Source: Hadesarchaea archaeon (GTDB taxonomy: Archaea > Hadarchaeota > Hadarchaeia > Hadarchaeales > Hadarchaeaceae). Taken from it: a stretch of DNA of 64,000 nt. The position numbers and the translations under genes were made by a program. Below are positions 47,260-57,194 of this stretch, one piece after another; position 1 is the first letter of the stretch; each line of letters opens with the position of its first letter. Location of the stretch: the NCBI GenBank assembly GCA_029259175.1, contig JAPDJH010000001.1:1-64000 (forward strand). Direction: 5' to 3'. The notes under the pieces were generated by a model. The model was given only the letters and a program-made list of their open reading frames with translations, was not told the DNA's origin and made no database searches.

Positions 47260-47957
47260 ACCACCCTGTACCTGCCAGATTCTGGCTCATAAATGCGCCC
47301 GTCAGCCAAGAGCTCGCGCAACGCCTCGTCCACTTCGCGAGGTGCGAGGTCCACCCGATCATAGATCTCCGAGATCGTTACACCCGAGGGGAACTGTTTC
47401 ACCACTTCTAACACTTTCTCTTTCAAGGACTCGTCTACTCCACCCCCCTGCTGAGGGGCCGTCTCCGGAGAGGTCTGTTTTTCGATGACCACTTGGGTGG
47501 GCTCCGGTTCTGGTTCAACAGAAGGTCGCGCGCCGCATGCTAGCATTTTTCTTCGCTCGCGGACGATTTCGAGAACGCGAACCGTCTCCCAGTTGGGATC
47601 TCGCACTTTGATTATCGTTTCGGGAGCCAAGTACACCTCTCCCTCGAACTCGCGAACCCGGCCAATCACGTCTACCAAATCGCCCACGTTTGTGTCCGAT
47701 ATCTTGTCCACATCCTTTCCCCAGACCTTGACCCGGATAATCCCGCTGCCGTCGTCCAGAGTAAAAGTCCCGTAGCTCCCGTCCTCTCGTATGAACTTGT
47801 CTACCACTGTCCCCATCACCCGGGCCCTCGTCAGCTGTACGCCCCAAGGAGTTACCAGATGTGCTGGCTCCGTTCCGTCCTCTGATCGCTTGTACTCGCC
47901 GGTAACAAGCTCTTCGATCCTCACCTTGCGTGCCACTGGTCTCATCCGCACGACCAC
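47256..47957 (-). CDS. OB-fold plus wHTH protein (RPA32-like)
   Basis: RARVMGTVV, LDDGSG.IRVK.W, C-terminal GRIYEP..G.Y. Confidence 0.85.
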   Translation of the reverse strand: MVVRMRPVARKVRIEELVTGEYKRSEDGTEPAHLVTPWGVQLTRARVMGTVVDKFIREDGSYGTFTLDDGSGIIRVKVWGKDVDKISDTNVGDLVDVIGRVREFEGEVYLAPETIIKVRDPNWETVRVLEIVRERRKMLACGARPSVEPEPEPTQVVIEKQTSPETAPQQGGGVDESLKEKVLEVVKQFPSGVTISEIYDRVDLAPREVDEALRELLADGRIYEPESGRYRVV

Positions 47958-48037
47958 CTAAATGTGGAGGGCTGGACTTATGAATTTCACTATGGGGGCA
48001 AAGGAGAGTTATAGGTGAAGAGGCAAATGGTGAAACG

Positions 48038-48565
48038 ATGCGCATCTACCGAGTGGCCGGAATGCGAAAGGTCGTGGGTGTGGAAGGCGGAAAAGGGAGG
48101 GTGAAAGATCCCGAGGAGCTGATCGAAAAAGCCAGGGTGATAGGGAAACGCAACGCCACTATTCTGCAGGTATTCGATGCCGAATACATAGCGGGGCCTA
48201 TCCATCTCGTCCACGCTGTTCGTCAAGCCCTGCTCGCCATGCGCACCGGCGAAATGCGGGCTCAGTCTCCCGATCTTGAAATCCTCCGATGGGCGGCAGT
48301 GGAAAAGGAGATCCGCCGTGCCATAGCCAAGGTGGGGGTGCACGAATCCACTCGAAACTTTGCATTCGTGTGCGTCGGAGAAAATACCAAGTCCGTGCGG
48401 AACTCCATAACAACCCTCCTGAACGAATTCGGTATCAAACCCACGAACACCGCTCTCAAGCTCACCCGGAAAAAGGCCGAGCTAATCAAGCAGAAGTACG
48501 GGATAAAGGAGAACAGGGTGGAGGAAAAGATGATCGAGCTAATCGCGGGGCTGGCGCTCGTTTAG
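48038..48565 (+). CDS. cgi121: KEOPS complex subunit Cgi121
   Basis: QVFDAEYIAG..HL..A...A, LEILRWAA..KEI..AI.KVG. Confidence 0.8.
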   Translation: MRIYRVAGMRKVVGVEGGKGRVKDPEELIEKARVIGKRNATILQVFDAEYIAGPIHLVHAVRQALLAMRTGEMRAQSPDLEILRWAAVEKEIRRAIAKVGVHESTRNFAFVCVGENTKSVRNSITTLLNEFGIKPTNTALKLTRKKAELIKQKYGIKENRVEEKMIELIAGLALV

Positions 48566-48844
48566 GAACTGAGTGAAAGTATCGTCTCGCTCCACATCGA
48601 TCAGTTTCGCACAAGAAGGAGGGATCGGCTGTTCTGAGACTTTTAGATTGCCCTCGTCATCGATCGACACGTACTTCCCGTTCAGCGGTTTCTCGCTTTT
48701 CGTCGCGATGCAGAGAAGCTCGCTCTCGACTCCTGCATACACGTAATAATAATGAGCGTCATTGGCCACATAATGGAAGATCCATCCGTAAGCCCGCGCT
48801 ATGTTTACTATGTCCTCCAGATCGCGACACCACACGATCCTCAT
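48539..48844 (-). CDS. Hypothetical protein
   Basis: 101 aa, coupled to upstream gene by ATGA overlap. Confidence 0.65.
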   Translation of the reverse strand: MRIVWCRDLEDIVNIARAYGWIFHYVANDAHYYYVYAGVESELLCIATKSEKPLNGKYVSIDDEGNLKVSEQPIPPSCAKLIDVERDDTFTQFLNERQPRD

Positions 48845-50013
48845 TCTCCAGCTCCCTCTCGTATTGCTGTTTCAACACCTGTTTTGCTCCCGCGCAGGAA
48901 AAGAACGTCACCAGGTCTGATCTTGAAATTCCGCCCCGGTCTCACAACGTATCGCCGGCCGCGCTTCACCATGAAGACGTATACCCCCAGTCGCTTCCAC
49001 AGAGCAAGTTCACCGAGAGGCCTGCCAGCGAAAGAAGAACCAACACTCACGGTAGTCCGGCCTATCTGCTCTTGGGAATCGCTGAGTACCGTCGAGAACA
49101 ACGGGTGGAGCTCCTCTTGCCGGCGCACCACGTCCGCAATGGTGTCTGCGGCATCTGATATGCGCTCCATGGAGCGCACGAGCTGCAAGACACTATTGAG
49201 TTTTTTCAAGTTTGGTTCATGGCGTGCTGCCCTCAGAGTCTCCAACCACAGAGAGTAGTTGAGCTTGTCAAACTTTTCCTCTAGATCTCGCACCTCCTCC
49301 GAGATCTCCCTGGAGTTAAACAGGAGAGAGGAGTACGCCATATCCACCATAGCCACGGTCAGGTCCTTCATCTCGGCTAGCGCCTTCCTGAGAGATCTCA
49401 GCCCATCGCGCTGCCGCACAGGGCGCCCGCTGGGCTTGCTACCGGACATCCGGCAGAGCTCGGCCACTCCCTCGCGCGGGCCTTTAGAGAGCATCACGTC
49501 GCCAGCCTCTATTTGCGTGTCGCTGGGGGGTGACAATATCCACTGTTTGCCCTTCCTGAGACCAAACGTCCAGACACCTATTCGGGACGGCAAGCGAAGA
49601 TCTCTGAAGGTCTTTCCGGCGAGCTCCGAGTTTTCGGCCACCTTTATCTTGACCATCTGCTCGTCGGAAATCGTGAACGCCTCCTTCACCACCGGGTGAA
49701 TTTTCAGACCCCTGCGGATGATGTCAGCGATGTCACCCGTCGCGTTCGAAATGGCTTCGGCGCCGCTCGCCACCTGAAGCATGCCGGTTATCTGGCGGGC
49801 CTCGTCCACATTTCGCGTAACGACAGCTGCCACCGCTCGAATGTCATACATCAGCTCATCCATGCGCTCCTCCAGCTGGGACATGTAGCGGGCGAGCTCG
49901 CGATCCTCAAAAAACACTGTCGCATATGCTAGATCCACCATCAGGTCGGAGACGTCCTTCATCTGAGTGAGCAGCTCACGAACATTCGGTGGCTCCACGT
50001 CCTCGCCGTTCAC
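48841..50013 (-). CDS. Tandem (PhoU-like plus TrkA_C)x2 protein
   Basis: Two MKD....MVD.AY units, E.IS.A...IAD, two RCK-C domains. Confidence 0.85.
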   Translation of the reverse strand: MNGEDVEPPNVRELLTQMKDVSDLMVDLAYATVFFEDRELARYMSQLEERMDELMYDIRAVAAVVTRNVDEARQITGMLQVASGAEAISNATGDIADIIRRGLKIHPVVKEAFTISDEQMVKIKVAENSELAGKTFRDLRLPSRIGVWTFGLRKGKQWILSPPSDTQIEAGDVMLSKGPREGVAELCRMSGSKPSGRPVRQRDGLRSLRKALAEMKDLTVAMVDMAYSSLLFNSREISEEVRDLEEKFDKLNYSLWLETLRAARHEPNLKKLNSVLQLVRSMERISDAADTIADVVRRQEELHPLFSTVLSDSQEQIGRTTVSVGSSFAGRPLGELALWKRLGVYVFMVKRGRRYVVRPGRNFKIRPGDVLFLRGSKTGVETAIREGAGE

Positions 50014-50146
50014 TCAGCAACCCCACTATCCCTATTAGAGCCTCCTCATATAACTTCAACCATGCGCGCGGACACGGGGCTGGCGGTTCAGGTTCGGCTT
50101 GACCACGCGGACCCAAAAACATGTACAATTTGGGCTACTTGCAAGC

Positions 50147-50234
50147 TGGTGCGGGGGAGGGGATTTGAACCCCCGAACCCCTACGGGACCAGCCCCTCAA
50201 GCTGGCACCTTTGACCTGACTCGGCCACCCCCGC
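50147..50234 (-). tRNA. tRNA-Leu(GAG)
   Basis: GCGGGGGTGGCCGAG...CCAGC TT GAG GG GCTGG, long variable arm, GGTTCAAATCC...CCGCACCA. Confidence 0.93.
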
Positions 50235-50363
50235 ACCGGTAGAGTTCTTGGAAGTGGGGGGATTAGAAGGTTTCCTTTGCTGTGCTACCAACTCATCCAT
50301 GCTCGCTGAACTCATCAGTTCAGATTTATTACGGGCAAACGGGGAATAGCTTATGGAGTCTGG

Positions 50364-51650
50364 ATGCCGTCAAAAGCCCTCCTCGCAGTTGGAATTCTGA
50401 CAGTGATAGTTTTCAGCGGACTTGCCCTCCTAGTCCTGATCCGCCTCCCAGCTGAAAACCAAGAAACGCCTCCTCATGAAACTTTTCCTCAACAACCCCC
50501 AGCCACCCCGCCCGCAGAAGAAGTGAAGTTCACACACTTGCCTGTGAATCTTGACTTGCTGTGCCAGCTCGATGAGCAAAGCGGAGACATCCCAATCGCC
50601 CCCTATCACTGCTACTTCTACTTCACTACGCACATCGAAGGAGCCCGCAAATGGTATTTCAAAGCTCCGGACGACTATCCTGCTTGGAGCGACAATCTAG
50701 TGAAAGTTTATCTGCCCGCGAGAGGTACGGTGAGGAGTGACGACATCGATGTTTCTGATGAGCACACCATTTTGGAAGGCGAGCAGGTATTCGTGAACAC
50801 ACAAGTAGACTTCGACCTTGGATCTGGAGTCGAGATATGCTTTGACCACTTGGCCCTGCGGAAGTCCATCAAGAACGAGGTGGACGAGTGCGGCTCCGTG
50901 ACCTACGAGGCCGGAACTCACATCGGCTACCTCTACTATCCGGACGGAAACCACACGCTCGACTTCGAAGTGCTGGACGAGAGCTTCAACGCGGGCATCA
51001 CACCCGACCCGAACGATCGAAACAACTGGAGCGCCAACCCGCTCGACTACTTCACACCAGAGCTCAGAAACCACATCCTCGAAAAATACGCACCGTTCTA
51101 CGACCGAATGGTGCAGAGCGGGGAGTACCCGTTCTCGGATCTCACAGACAACCGTGGAAACGTGACCATCCCCGGAACGATCTGGGGTGTTTGGTTCCGC
51201 GACGACTTTGAAGGCGAAGTCGGGCGCGATGTGGACCCTGCCTCGGAGGCTTGGACCATCGTAACCCTGCTCGAACGCAGCGTGTTCAACCCCGAGACCT
51301 ACTGGAAAGTGCTACAAGAGACTCCACCTATCTCAGGAATCATGCTTGAGGAGTGGGAGGGCTGGAGTCCCTCTCAAACCGTGAAACTTTACGACCAACA
51401 ACCCCTAGGAACAACCAAATTTTACATCGTCTCAGGAGATAACCGTGAGGGAGTGGCAAAAATCGTCGGCTACTACTCCAACGATCAGCGTGTGTTTTAC
51501 CTGAAATTCAAGCTCGTGGAAAACACAAGCAGCGTGTTCGATGACAAACTGGTGATGGAGGGCTTTTCCAGCCAAGCAGAGGCTGAACAAAGCGAGTTCT
51601 CCGACAAAGCCGTGACTTTCCGGAGAACCCCATCTAAACTCAGCTTATGA
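50364..51650 (+). CDS. Membrane-anchored extracellular hypothetical protein
   Basis: N-terminal TM, Pro-rich linker, acidic domain with loosely M23-like VYLPA.G.V...H...H.LDF. Confidence 0.75.
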   Translation: MPSKALLAVGILTVIVFSGLALLVLIRLPAENQETPPHETFPQQPPATPPAEEVKFTHLPVNLDLLCQLDEQSGDIPIAPYHCYFYFTTHIEGARKWYFKAPDDYPAWSDNLVKVYLPARGTVRSDDIDVSDEHTILEGEQVFVNTQVDFDLGSGVEICFDHLALRKSIKNEVDECGSVTYEAGTHIGYLYYPDGNHTLDFEVLDESFNAGITPDPNDRNNWSANPLDYFTPELRNHILEKYAPFYDRMVQSGEYPFSDLTDNRGNVTIPGTIWGVWFRDDFEGEVGRDVDPASEAWTIVTLLERSVFNPETYWKVLQETPPISGIMLEEWEGWSPSQTVKLYDQQPLGTTKFYIVSGDNREGVAKIVGYYSNDQRVFYLKFKLVENTSSVFDDKLVMEGFSSQAEAEQSEFSDKAVTFRRTPSKLSL

Positions 51651-51665
51651 GCTCGCTCGGATCGT

Positions 51666-52454
51666 TCACAGCCGTTTAACGGCCTTCACAAAATCGCCAA
51701 ACTTTTTCACCAGTGACTCGATCGCAAGCAGCACTATCTGATCCGGAGGCAAACCCCCCGTTGACTCCACCTTAAACACAAACTTCGACGGGTCTCCCGA
51801 GACCTCGATGGCCTCCGTGGGGCACGCTTCCACGCACGCCTTGCAGAGAGTGCATGAAAGCACATCCTCAACCTTGAGCTCCTTGTTCTCCAGCTTGAGC
51901 ACCCCTCTGGGACACGCCTCCACGCACTTTCCACACGCGGTGCATTTTTGTTCGTCGATTTTGATAACGGGCATGTATTTGTATCCCACCGCCGCCGTCT
52001 GCCACTTAGCGTGCTCCTTCCCGCGGCCAAGCCTGGCAATGGCCACGAGCTCTAACTTCTGACCATCGAGCAACCGCAGAATGGGGATGGAGGGGCTTAT
52101 GGGCTTGACCTGCTCATCCGAGGATTTCAAATCACCGCTGAGCACCGTTGCCGGCCCCTCAGCTTTCAAGGTCAGCTCAACCGAACACTTCGGACATCGC
52201 CCAGTACCGCACTTGCACTCATCGGGAAACACGTAGCCGCGGAGCGGAGTCTTAAGGGGGATCATGGCGAGCCGGTGCGCGAGCACCTCGTCGTACATCG
52301 CTGAGTCGTTGCGCACGAACTCCACTTCATCGATCGCCATCACCGGAACTTCCTCGAGCATCGCCCGGCGCAGAGTGTTGGCCAAGGCCGGCGTCGCATC
52401 AGAAAGGATGAAATGCAACTCGGCCCCATCGTGTTTGATCAGTTCAACTTCCAT
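51666..52454 (-). CDS. rpoD: RNA polymerase subunit D (Rpo3) with Fe-S domain
   Basis: ANTLRR, DEVLAHRLAMIPL, GKEHAKW, CxxCxxCxxxCP x2. Confidence 0.96.
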   Translation of the reverse strand: MEVELIKHDGAELHFILSDATPALANTLRRAMLEEVPVMAIDEVEFVRNDSAMYDEVLAHRLAMIPLKTPLRGYVFPDECKCGTGRCPKCSVELTLKAEGPATVLSGDLKSSDEQVKPISPSIPILRLLDGQKLELVAIARLGRGKEHAKWQTAAVGYKYMPVIKIDEQKCTACGKCVEACPRGVLKLENKELKVEDVLSCTLCKACVEACPTEAIEVSGDPSKFVFKVESTGGLPPDQIVLLAIESLVKKFGDFVKAVKRL

Positions 52455-52500
52455 CTTATCCGAACTCCTACACGTCGAAGGATTTAAAACCCTTCACCTC

Positions 52501-52911
52501 TTAGACACGTCTCCCGCGCCTGCCTCCCGGCTTGCGGGTCCCATCATGTGGAATGGGAGTGACGTCCTCGATACGCCCTATGCGCAATCCGGCTCGAGCA
52601 AGCGCTCTAATGGCAGCTTGCGCTCCCGGACCAGGGATCTTGGGACCATGACCTCCCGGAGCGCGCACCTTGATATGAACTCCCTCGATACCTTTATCCA
52701 TAGCCTCCTGAGCAGCTCTAAACGCCGCTTGCATCGCCGCGTAGGGGGAGGACTCCTCGCGATCGGCTTTCACGATCATCCCACCCGACGCGCGAGCAAT
52801 AGTCTCTGCCCCGGTGAGATCGGTTATGTGCACGATGGTGTTATTAAACGAGGAATAGATGTGTGCCACGCCCCACTTTTCCCTTCGCTCCTGACCTTCC
52901 GGCATGGTCAC
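52501..52911 (-). CDS. rps11: 30S ribosomal protein S11
   Basis: [38 protein letters not shown]. Confidence 0.97.
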   Translation of the reverse strand: MTMPEGQERREKWGVAHIYSSFNNTIVHITDLTGAETIARASGGMIVKADREESSPYAAMQAAFRAAQEAMDKGIEGVHIKVRAPGGHGPKIPGPGAQAAIRALARAGLRIGRIEDVTPIPHDGTRKPGGRRGRRV

Positions 52912-53465
52912 TCACTCGCAGTAGCGGCTTCCGTTTCGGCCGTTTCTCCGGCCTGCGCTTCGCTCACTTCTGTGACCTGTGCTGGTTTTGCCTCCCCTCT
53001 GGAAGGAAGCGACACCTCGATGAGCCCCTCCTCGCTCACCGGCACCATGTAGGTGGGCGACCTAACCCGCCGATTACCAATTTGCACGTGCCCATGAACT
53101 ATCAATTGCCTAGCATGCCTTGGGGTTCTCGCCAAACCCTTCTGGTACACCACCCATTGCAGAAAACGCTCGATCACTTTTTCCACAGTCAAGCTCAAGA
53201 CGTCGTCGAGGGTGGGATTCTCTCCCACCAAGCCGAACTTTTGTAGCCGCTCAAAGAGCTGTCGAGTCTCGAGTTCCGCCTGCTTTCCGGTCTTGGTGAG
53301 CAACAAGCGCGCTTGGGTTCTAAACGTGCGTAGGATGGTTTGGGCCTTCCAAATCTCGCGCTTCCGTCTGAGCCCGTACTTCCGGAGAAGCTGGTCCTCA
53401 TAGTCCATGCGTTCTTTTTCCCAGGGATGGCGAGGGGTTGTGTACTTCCTGCGCTGTCTCCTCAT
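52908..53465 (-). CDS. rps4: 30S ribosomal protein S4
   Basis: [24 protein letters not shown]. Confidence 0.96.
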   Translation of the reverse strand: MRRQRRKYTTPRHPWEKERMDYEDQLLRKYGLRRKREIWKAQTILRTFRTQARLLLTKTGKQAELETRQLFERLQKFGLVGENPTLDDVLSLTVEKVIERFLQWVVYQKGLARTPRHARQLIVHGHVQIGNRRVRSPTYMVPVSEEGLIEVSLPSRGEAKPAQVTEVSEAQAGETAETEAATASE

Positions 53466-53950
53466 TTCTTCTTCTCCTCCTTCTTCTCACCCGATGGCTG
53501 TCCCTCTTTCTTCCTGCTAACACCAACCGTCATCCCCTTTCTGCCGGTGGTTCTCGTGCGCTGCCCCCTAACCGGCAGCCCCAGTTCGTGTCGTATACCC
53601 CTTCTGCTCCGAATCCTGCGCTCCCTACCAATATCCGCCCTAACCGTGAGATCGATATCCATCTCCAACAGGTGCAGATCTTTCCCCGTAACGAAATCTT
53701 TGCGTCGGTTTAGAATCCAGCTCGGAATCCCGTGTTCAAGCGGATTTTTGAGCACCTGCTCCAGCTTGGCGATTTCCTCGTCGCTCAGCGCCCCCAGTCT
53801 TCTGAACGGATCCACCCCTGCCGCATACGCCACGGCCCGCGCAAAGCTGAAGCTCACTCCCTTAATCTGACACAGTGCTCTGTGAACCGCCTTTGTCCCG
53901 TCCAGGTCCTTCCCGACCAGACGAACCACGTGCTTGATTTCTTCCGCCAT
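53462..53950 (-). CDS. rps13: 30S ribosomal protein S13
   Basis: IKGV, NRRKD..TG, RGIRH..GLPVRGQRT. Confidence 0.96.
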   Translation of the reverse strand: MAEEIKHVVRLVGKDLDGTKAVHRALCQIKGVSFSFARAVAYAAGVDPFRRLGALSDEEIAKLEQVLKNPLEHGIPSWILNRRKDFVTGKDLHLLEMDIDLTVRADIGRERRIRSRRGIRHELGLPVRGQRTRTTGRKGMTVGVSRKKEGQPSGEKKEEKKK

Positions 53951-54077
53951 GTTCCAACCTCTCATAGATTTCTTTGTCGGATTTAAAAAGGTGAGCAAGC
54001 GCTGGGGAGGGGAGCGTGGCTTGAGGTCAAAAGGCCCCGGCCGACTACGAAGAACCGGGTTTTTCGTAAATTATCTG

Positions 54078-54096
54078 TGGAGCCGTCGGTGGGATT
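54078..54096 (-). other. Orphan tRNA 3'-end fragment (att-like), AATCCCACCGACGGCTCCA
   Basis: Geometry AAT + 5-nt T-stem + 7-nt acceptor strand + T73 + CCA; matches none of the four tRNAs in the window. Confidence 0.55.
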
Positions 54097-54239
54097 ATAG
54101 GGCGCAGGTCAAACTTTGAGGGCTCAAGTTAAACGGCGCGAGATCCGAATCAGGCACTATCTATGGGAACTGTGAGTGTTTATTCTCTCATTGGCAAAAC
54201 AACAAAAAAGATTTAATATGCCGGTGCTCTAGTTAGATT

Positions 54240-54301
54240 GACCTGTCGGGGTGTCTACCTATCTAGGATAGGTCCCCCGGCCGGGATGATAACCTCGCTT
54301 T
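54240..54301 (+). ncRNA. Putative small structured RNA convergent with the DUF3800-like gene
   Basis: BRE/TATA-like AAAAAAGATTTAATAT (54204-54219) ~25 nt upstream; stems TCGGGG/CCCCGG and ACCTATC/GATAGGT. Confidence 0.45.
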
Positions 54302-54871
54302 CTAGAAGTGTTGCAGAATGTTTTCTAGCTCATGCCGGTCGATTTCGATGGCTGGTAATTTACCCAATCTCGCAAGCTTTGCCACAATATCTGCCAACCC
54401 GATACTTTCATTGTAGGAAGTGCCGATTTCTACGCTTGGATTTTCTCTCCTCAACTTGCGCAAAAGAAATGACACAGATGAACACAGAAATCTCATTTTG
54501 TTATAGTCGTAGTCCTTGTCGATAAGCACCACGTCTTCATTCCGAAGCTCGAGATTTTTCAACGTGAGAAAGATAACGGATGCCAGTAACCTAGCTTCTG
54601 GATCACGGAAGTACCTGAAATTCTTGAGGCATGAACCGTACACAGGAGACCTCAACACTGCTACCGAAAAAACGATACCGCGCTTTAGCGTTTCGATTTC
54701 CTTTTGGTTCAGGTACTTGCCATCGAGCCTCCTTCTCCTCAGCACGATGGGGAGCCTCTTTCCAACACTTTTCTTAAGCTCTTCCAGCAGCCCTCCCCGC
54801 ATTTGCTTAACAGCCGCGACCCACATAGGCAACTGATTTAGCTTACCTGAGGTGTCGATTCCAATTATCAT
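54302..54871 (-). CDS. DUF3800-like RNase H-fold protein
   Basis: MIIGIDTSG...VLID...IGLADIVA resembles DUF3800 (IDESG...D...QLAD). Confidence 0.6.
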   Translation of the reverse strand: MIIGIDTSGKLNQLPMWVAAVKQMRGGLLEELKKSVGKRLPIVLRRRRLDGKYLNQKEIETLKRGIVFSVAVLRSPVYGSCLKNFRYFRDPEARLLASVIFLTLKNLELRNEDVVLIDKDYDYNKMRFLCSSVSFLLRKLRRENPSVEIGTSYNESIGLADIVAKLARLGKLPAIEIDRHELENILQHF

Positions 54872-55067
54872 CCTCGTCCTGTAGTTGTTCTCATGAGCTC
54901 CTTTAACTGTGAATTTTGGCAGGGATTCCATCAAAACTGGAACCGCCGGTGGGACAGCGAGTTGAAGGGCTTTTGACTTCAAGCGCTGGGGAGCTGGCAA
55001 AATTATGGCAAAAGACCTTGGGTCGCGAAGAGCATCTTTTTATTGAACAGAGCAGAAAATTAACCGT

Positions 55068-55310
55068 ATGAAAAGATTGTCGTATCGGGTCATACTCAGA
55101 AAGGAGCCGGAGGGCGGCTATACCGTGATTGTTCCTTCCTTACCTGGATGTGTTACGTATGGAAGTACTAAGAAGGAGGCTATAAAGATGGCGGAGGAAG
55201 CCATCGAGCTGTATTTGGAAAGCCTGCAGGAACACGGTGAGGAGATCCCAACCGAAGAACGCATCTTGGAGCACACCGTGACCGTGAAAGCACCTGAAGT
55301 TCATGCCTAA
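55068..55310 (+). CDS. hicB: HicB antitoxin
   Basis: GGYTVIVPSLPGCVTYG.T..EA..MA.EAI.LYL. Confidence 0.92.
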   Translation: MKRLSYRVILRKEPEGGYTVIVPSLPGCVTYGSTKKEAIKMAEEAIELYLESLQEHGEEIPTEERILEHTVTVKAPEVHA

Positions 55311-55527
55311 GCTTCCAGTTCTCACGCCAGAAAAAGTCATCAAAGTGCTAAAAAGAAAGGGATTCGTTTTGGACAGGATCAAAGGGAGCCACCACTTATA
55401 TTATCATCCAGAAACCAAGCGAAGGGTTGTTGTTCCACTTCATAAAAAGGATCTACCGAAGGGGACCTTGCTCGAAATTTTGAGACAAGCCGGCATAAGT
55501 AAAGAAGAGCTAAGAGAACTGCTGTAA
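55303..55527 (+). CDS. hicA: HicA toxin
   Basis: L...GF...RIKGSH...VVVPLH..DLPKGTL..IL.QAGI. Confidence 0.93.
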   Translation: MPKLPVLTPEKVIKVLKRKGFVLDRIKGSHHLYYHPETKRRVVVPLHKKDLPKGTLLEILRQAGISKEELRELL

Positions 55528-55606
55528 TCCACCCGCGTGCAGTGTATGGCATGGTATTCAGAAATCTTTCCAAAAACACGAAAGAACACTTTCAAAACAC
55601 AACGAG

Positions 55607-55623
55607 CGCCGGGGAGGGGATTT
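55607..55623 (-). repeat. 17-bp exact duplicate of tRNA-Ser 3' end (att site)
   Basis: CGCCGGGGAGGGGATTT identical to 57195-57211. Confidence 0.85.
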
Positions 55624-55649
55624 TGGCACCTTTTTACTGGTAAAAACTC

Positions 55650-57062
55650 TCAATTACTTTTTTTGATAAGAACCACTACGCCAATTGCTATCACGACAAC
55701 AGCAATAGTGGCGATGACCCACAAAATTGGGAACTGGGAAACCTCGGTGAGCTTGACGGTTGCCTCGCCACCTGTTGAGCTGATAGAAGTACTCCCCATG
55801 TATCTCCCATCTGAAGTTTTGAAGTAAATTGTCCGTCCACCAAAGTCGGAGTTCTCTAATTCTATTTTGCCTTCATCATTGGTAGTACCAAGATAATTAG
55901 TGATCTGGTCGCTGGAGTAACCATAATAAATCTCGGCGTTAGCAAGGGGGGTTCCATCTATTTTGTTAAAAGTCAAAACAGCAAAGAGGAGGGTGCAAAA
56001 CGAATTGTCGCTGCTCTCTGAGTATTTGTTGCCTTCTCCTGCAAAGGACGCAGAAATAATTACGGGATCCGGAGAATAAATTTCTGGAGCAGTGAAAATA
56101 GCAGAAATTTGTCCTGCAGAATTCGTTTCGTGGTATAGTGGACTGATGGTGCCTGAACTTGCATGCCAACTAACGGTTTTATTTGCGAGAGGTTTTCCAT
56201 CAAAGGTAAGCGTGGCTGTCAAAACCATGTTTTCCTTGGGCAATAAGCGAAAGTCTCTTTGTGAAATACTCAGGGCGGTGGGGGGCACGATAATATGGAT
56301 TTTAGCATAATGTGCCCCGTCTCTGGTCACGATACAGTAAGTGTGCCCTATAACAGCGGGCGTGTCCAGACAATTGTAGAATTCATATAGTCCGACACCC
56401 AAAGAAGCATCTGGGGCCTCGGCAACGCTCTCCATGGGAACCGCGCCCATGTCGTGAATTCCCCCAGAGCCATTATTTGCCAAGAAAGAGTATGGGCAAT
56501 CTTCAGAATCGGAAAAATACAGGTCGGCTACTACGCCGGTCCTTGTGGCCGTGGAGAAAATGAATCCCCGGGGAAAGGGGTCAATGGAGTATAAAATGGT
56601 GGTCCCACTTGGCAGGTTGTCAGAGTAGAGGTCGGTTGTTCCGTTCGGTTGATAGACCCAGTTAAAAGCAACCCATTTTCGCCCATGGAGGATCAAATCC
56701 GGAACCTCTACCGTGCTCCCAGGAGGGGCTTCCGACGACCAAATAGTATACTGATCCCCACTGTAATCCTCCTTGGATGCTATGACCGAATAAAAATCGT
56801 TGCCAGAGAGAGGGGGCACGTTATCCATCATGTAAGATCCATCGACAGCGGTTGTCGTGCTCGCTACTACATTCCAAGATTGTCCATTAAGCCAGACTTC
56901 GATAGTTATCCCGCTGTGATCAGTTGCTTCCTCTAACATTGCTTTTCCCCTGATTGTTATGGTAGATTCTGACGCAACAACCGGAAAAGGCGTGGAGAGT
57001 AAGATCAGTAGTAGTGTGGCTGAGCTGATAACAACAAAAATTGAAGTCTTACTCTTACTCAT
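55650..57062 (-). CDS. Secreted Ig-like (Big_1/carboxypeptidase-regulatory-like) surface protein with C-terminal TM
   Basis: Signal peptide, LTATL..DGKPLANKTV.W...TNSAG motifs, TM plus KK tail; AT-rich. Confidence 0.8.
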   Translation of the reverse strand: MSKSKTSIFVVISSATLLLILLSTPFPVVASESTITIRGKAMLEEATDHSGITIEVWLNGQSWNVVASTTTAVDGSYMMDNVPPLSGNDFYSVIASKEDYSGDQYTIWSSEAPPGSTVEVPDLILHGRKWVAFNWVYQPNGTTDLYSDNLPSGTTILYSIDPFPRGFIFSTATRTGVVADLYFSDSEDCPYSFLANNGSGGIHDMGAVPMESVAEAPDASLGVGLYEFYNCLDTPAVIGHTYCIVTRDGAHYAKIHIIVPPTALSISQRDFRLLPKENMVLTATLTFDGKPLANKTVSWHASSGTISPLYHETNSAGQISAIFTAPEIYSPDPVIISASFAGEGNKYSESSDNSFCTLLFAVLTFNKIDGTPLANAEIYYGYSSDQITNYLGTTNDEGKIELENSDFGGRTIYFKTSDGRYMGSTSISSTGGEATVKLTEVSQFPILWVIATIAVVVIAIGVVVLIKKSN

Positions 57063-57194
57063 TTCATCCCACCTTCCTTCATCAAGTCACGTATTATAAT
57101 GATTTCGTTTCGGAGCCCACCGGCAACCCTCGAAAAGCTCACATCACATTTTTGACGGCAGATACCGCCGTCTGATGAGAAGTTGACTTTATGA

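Noticed and set aside
54872-55000. N-terminal extension of the DUF3800-like ORF
   Set aside because: Crosses the att-like repeat at 54980; the family motif begins at ATG 54871.
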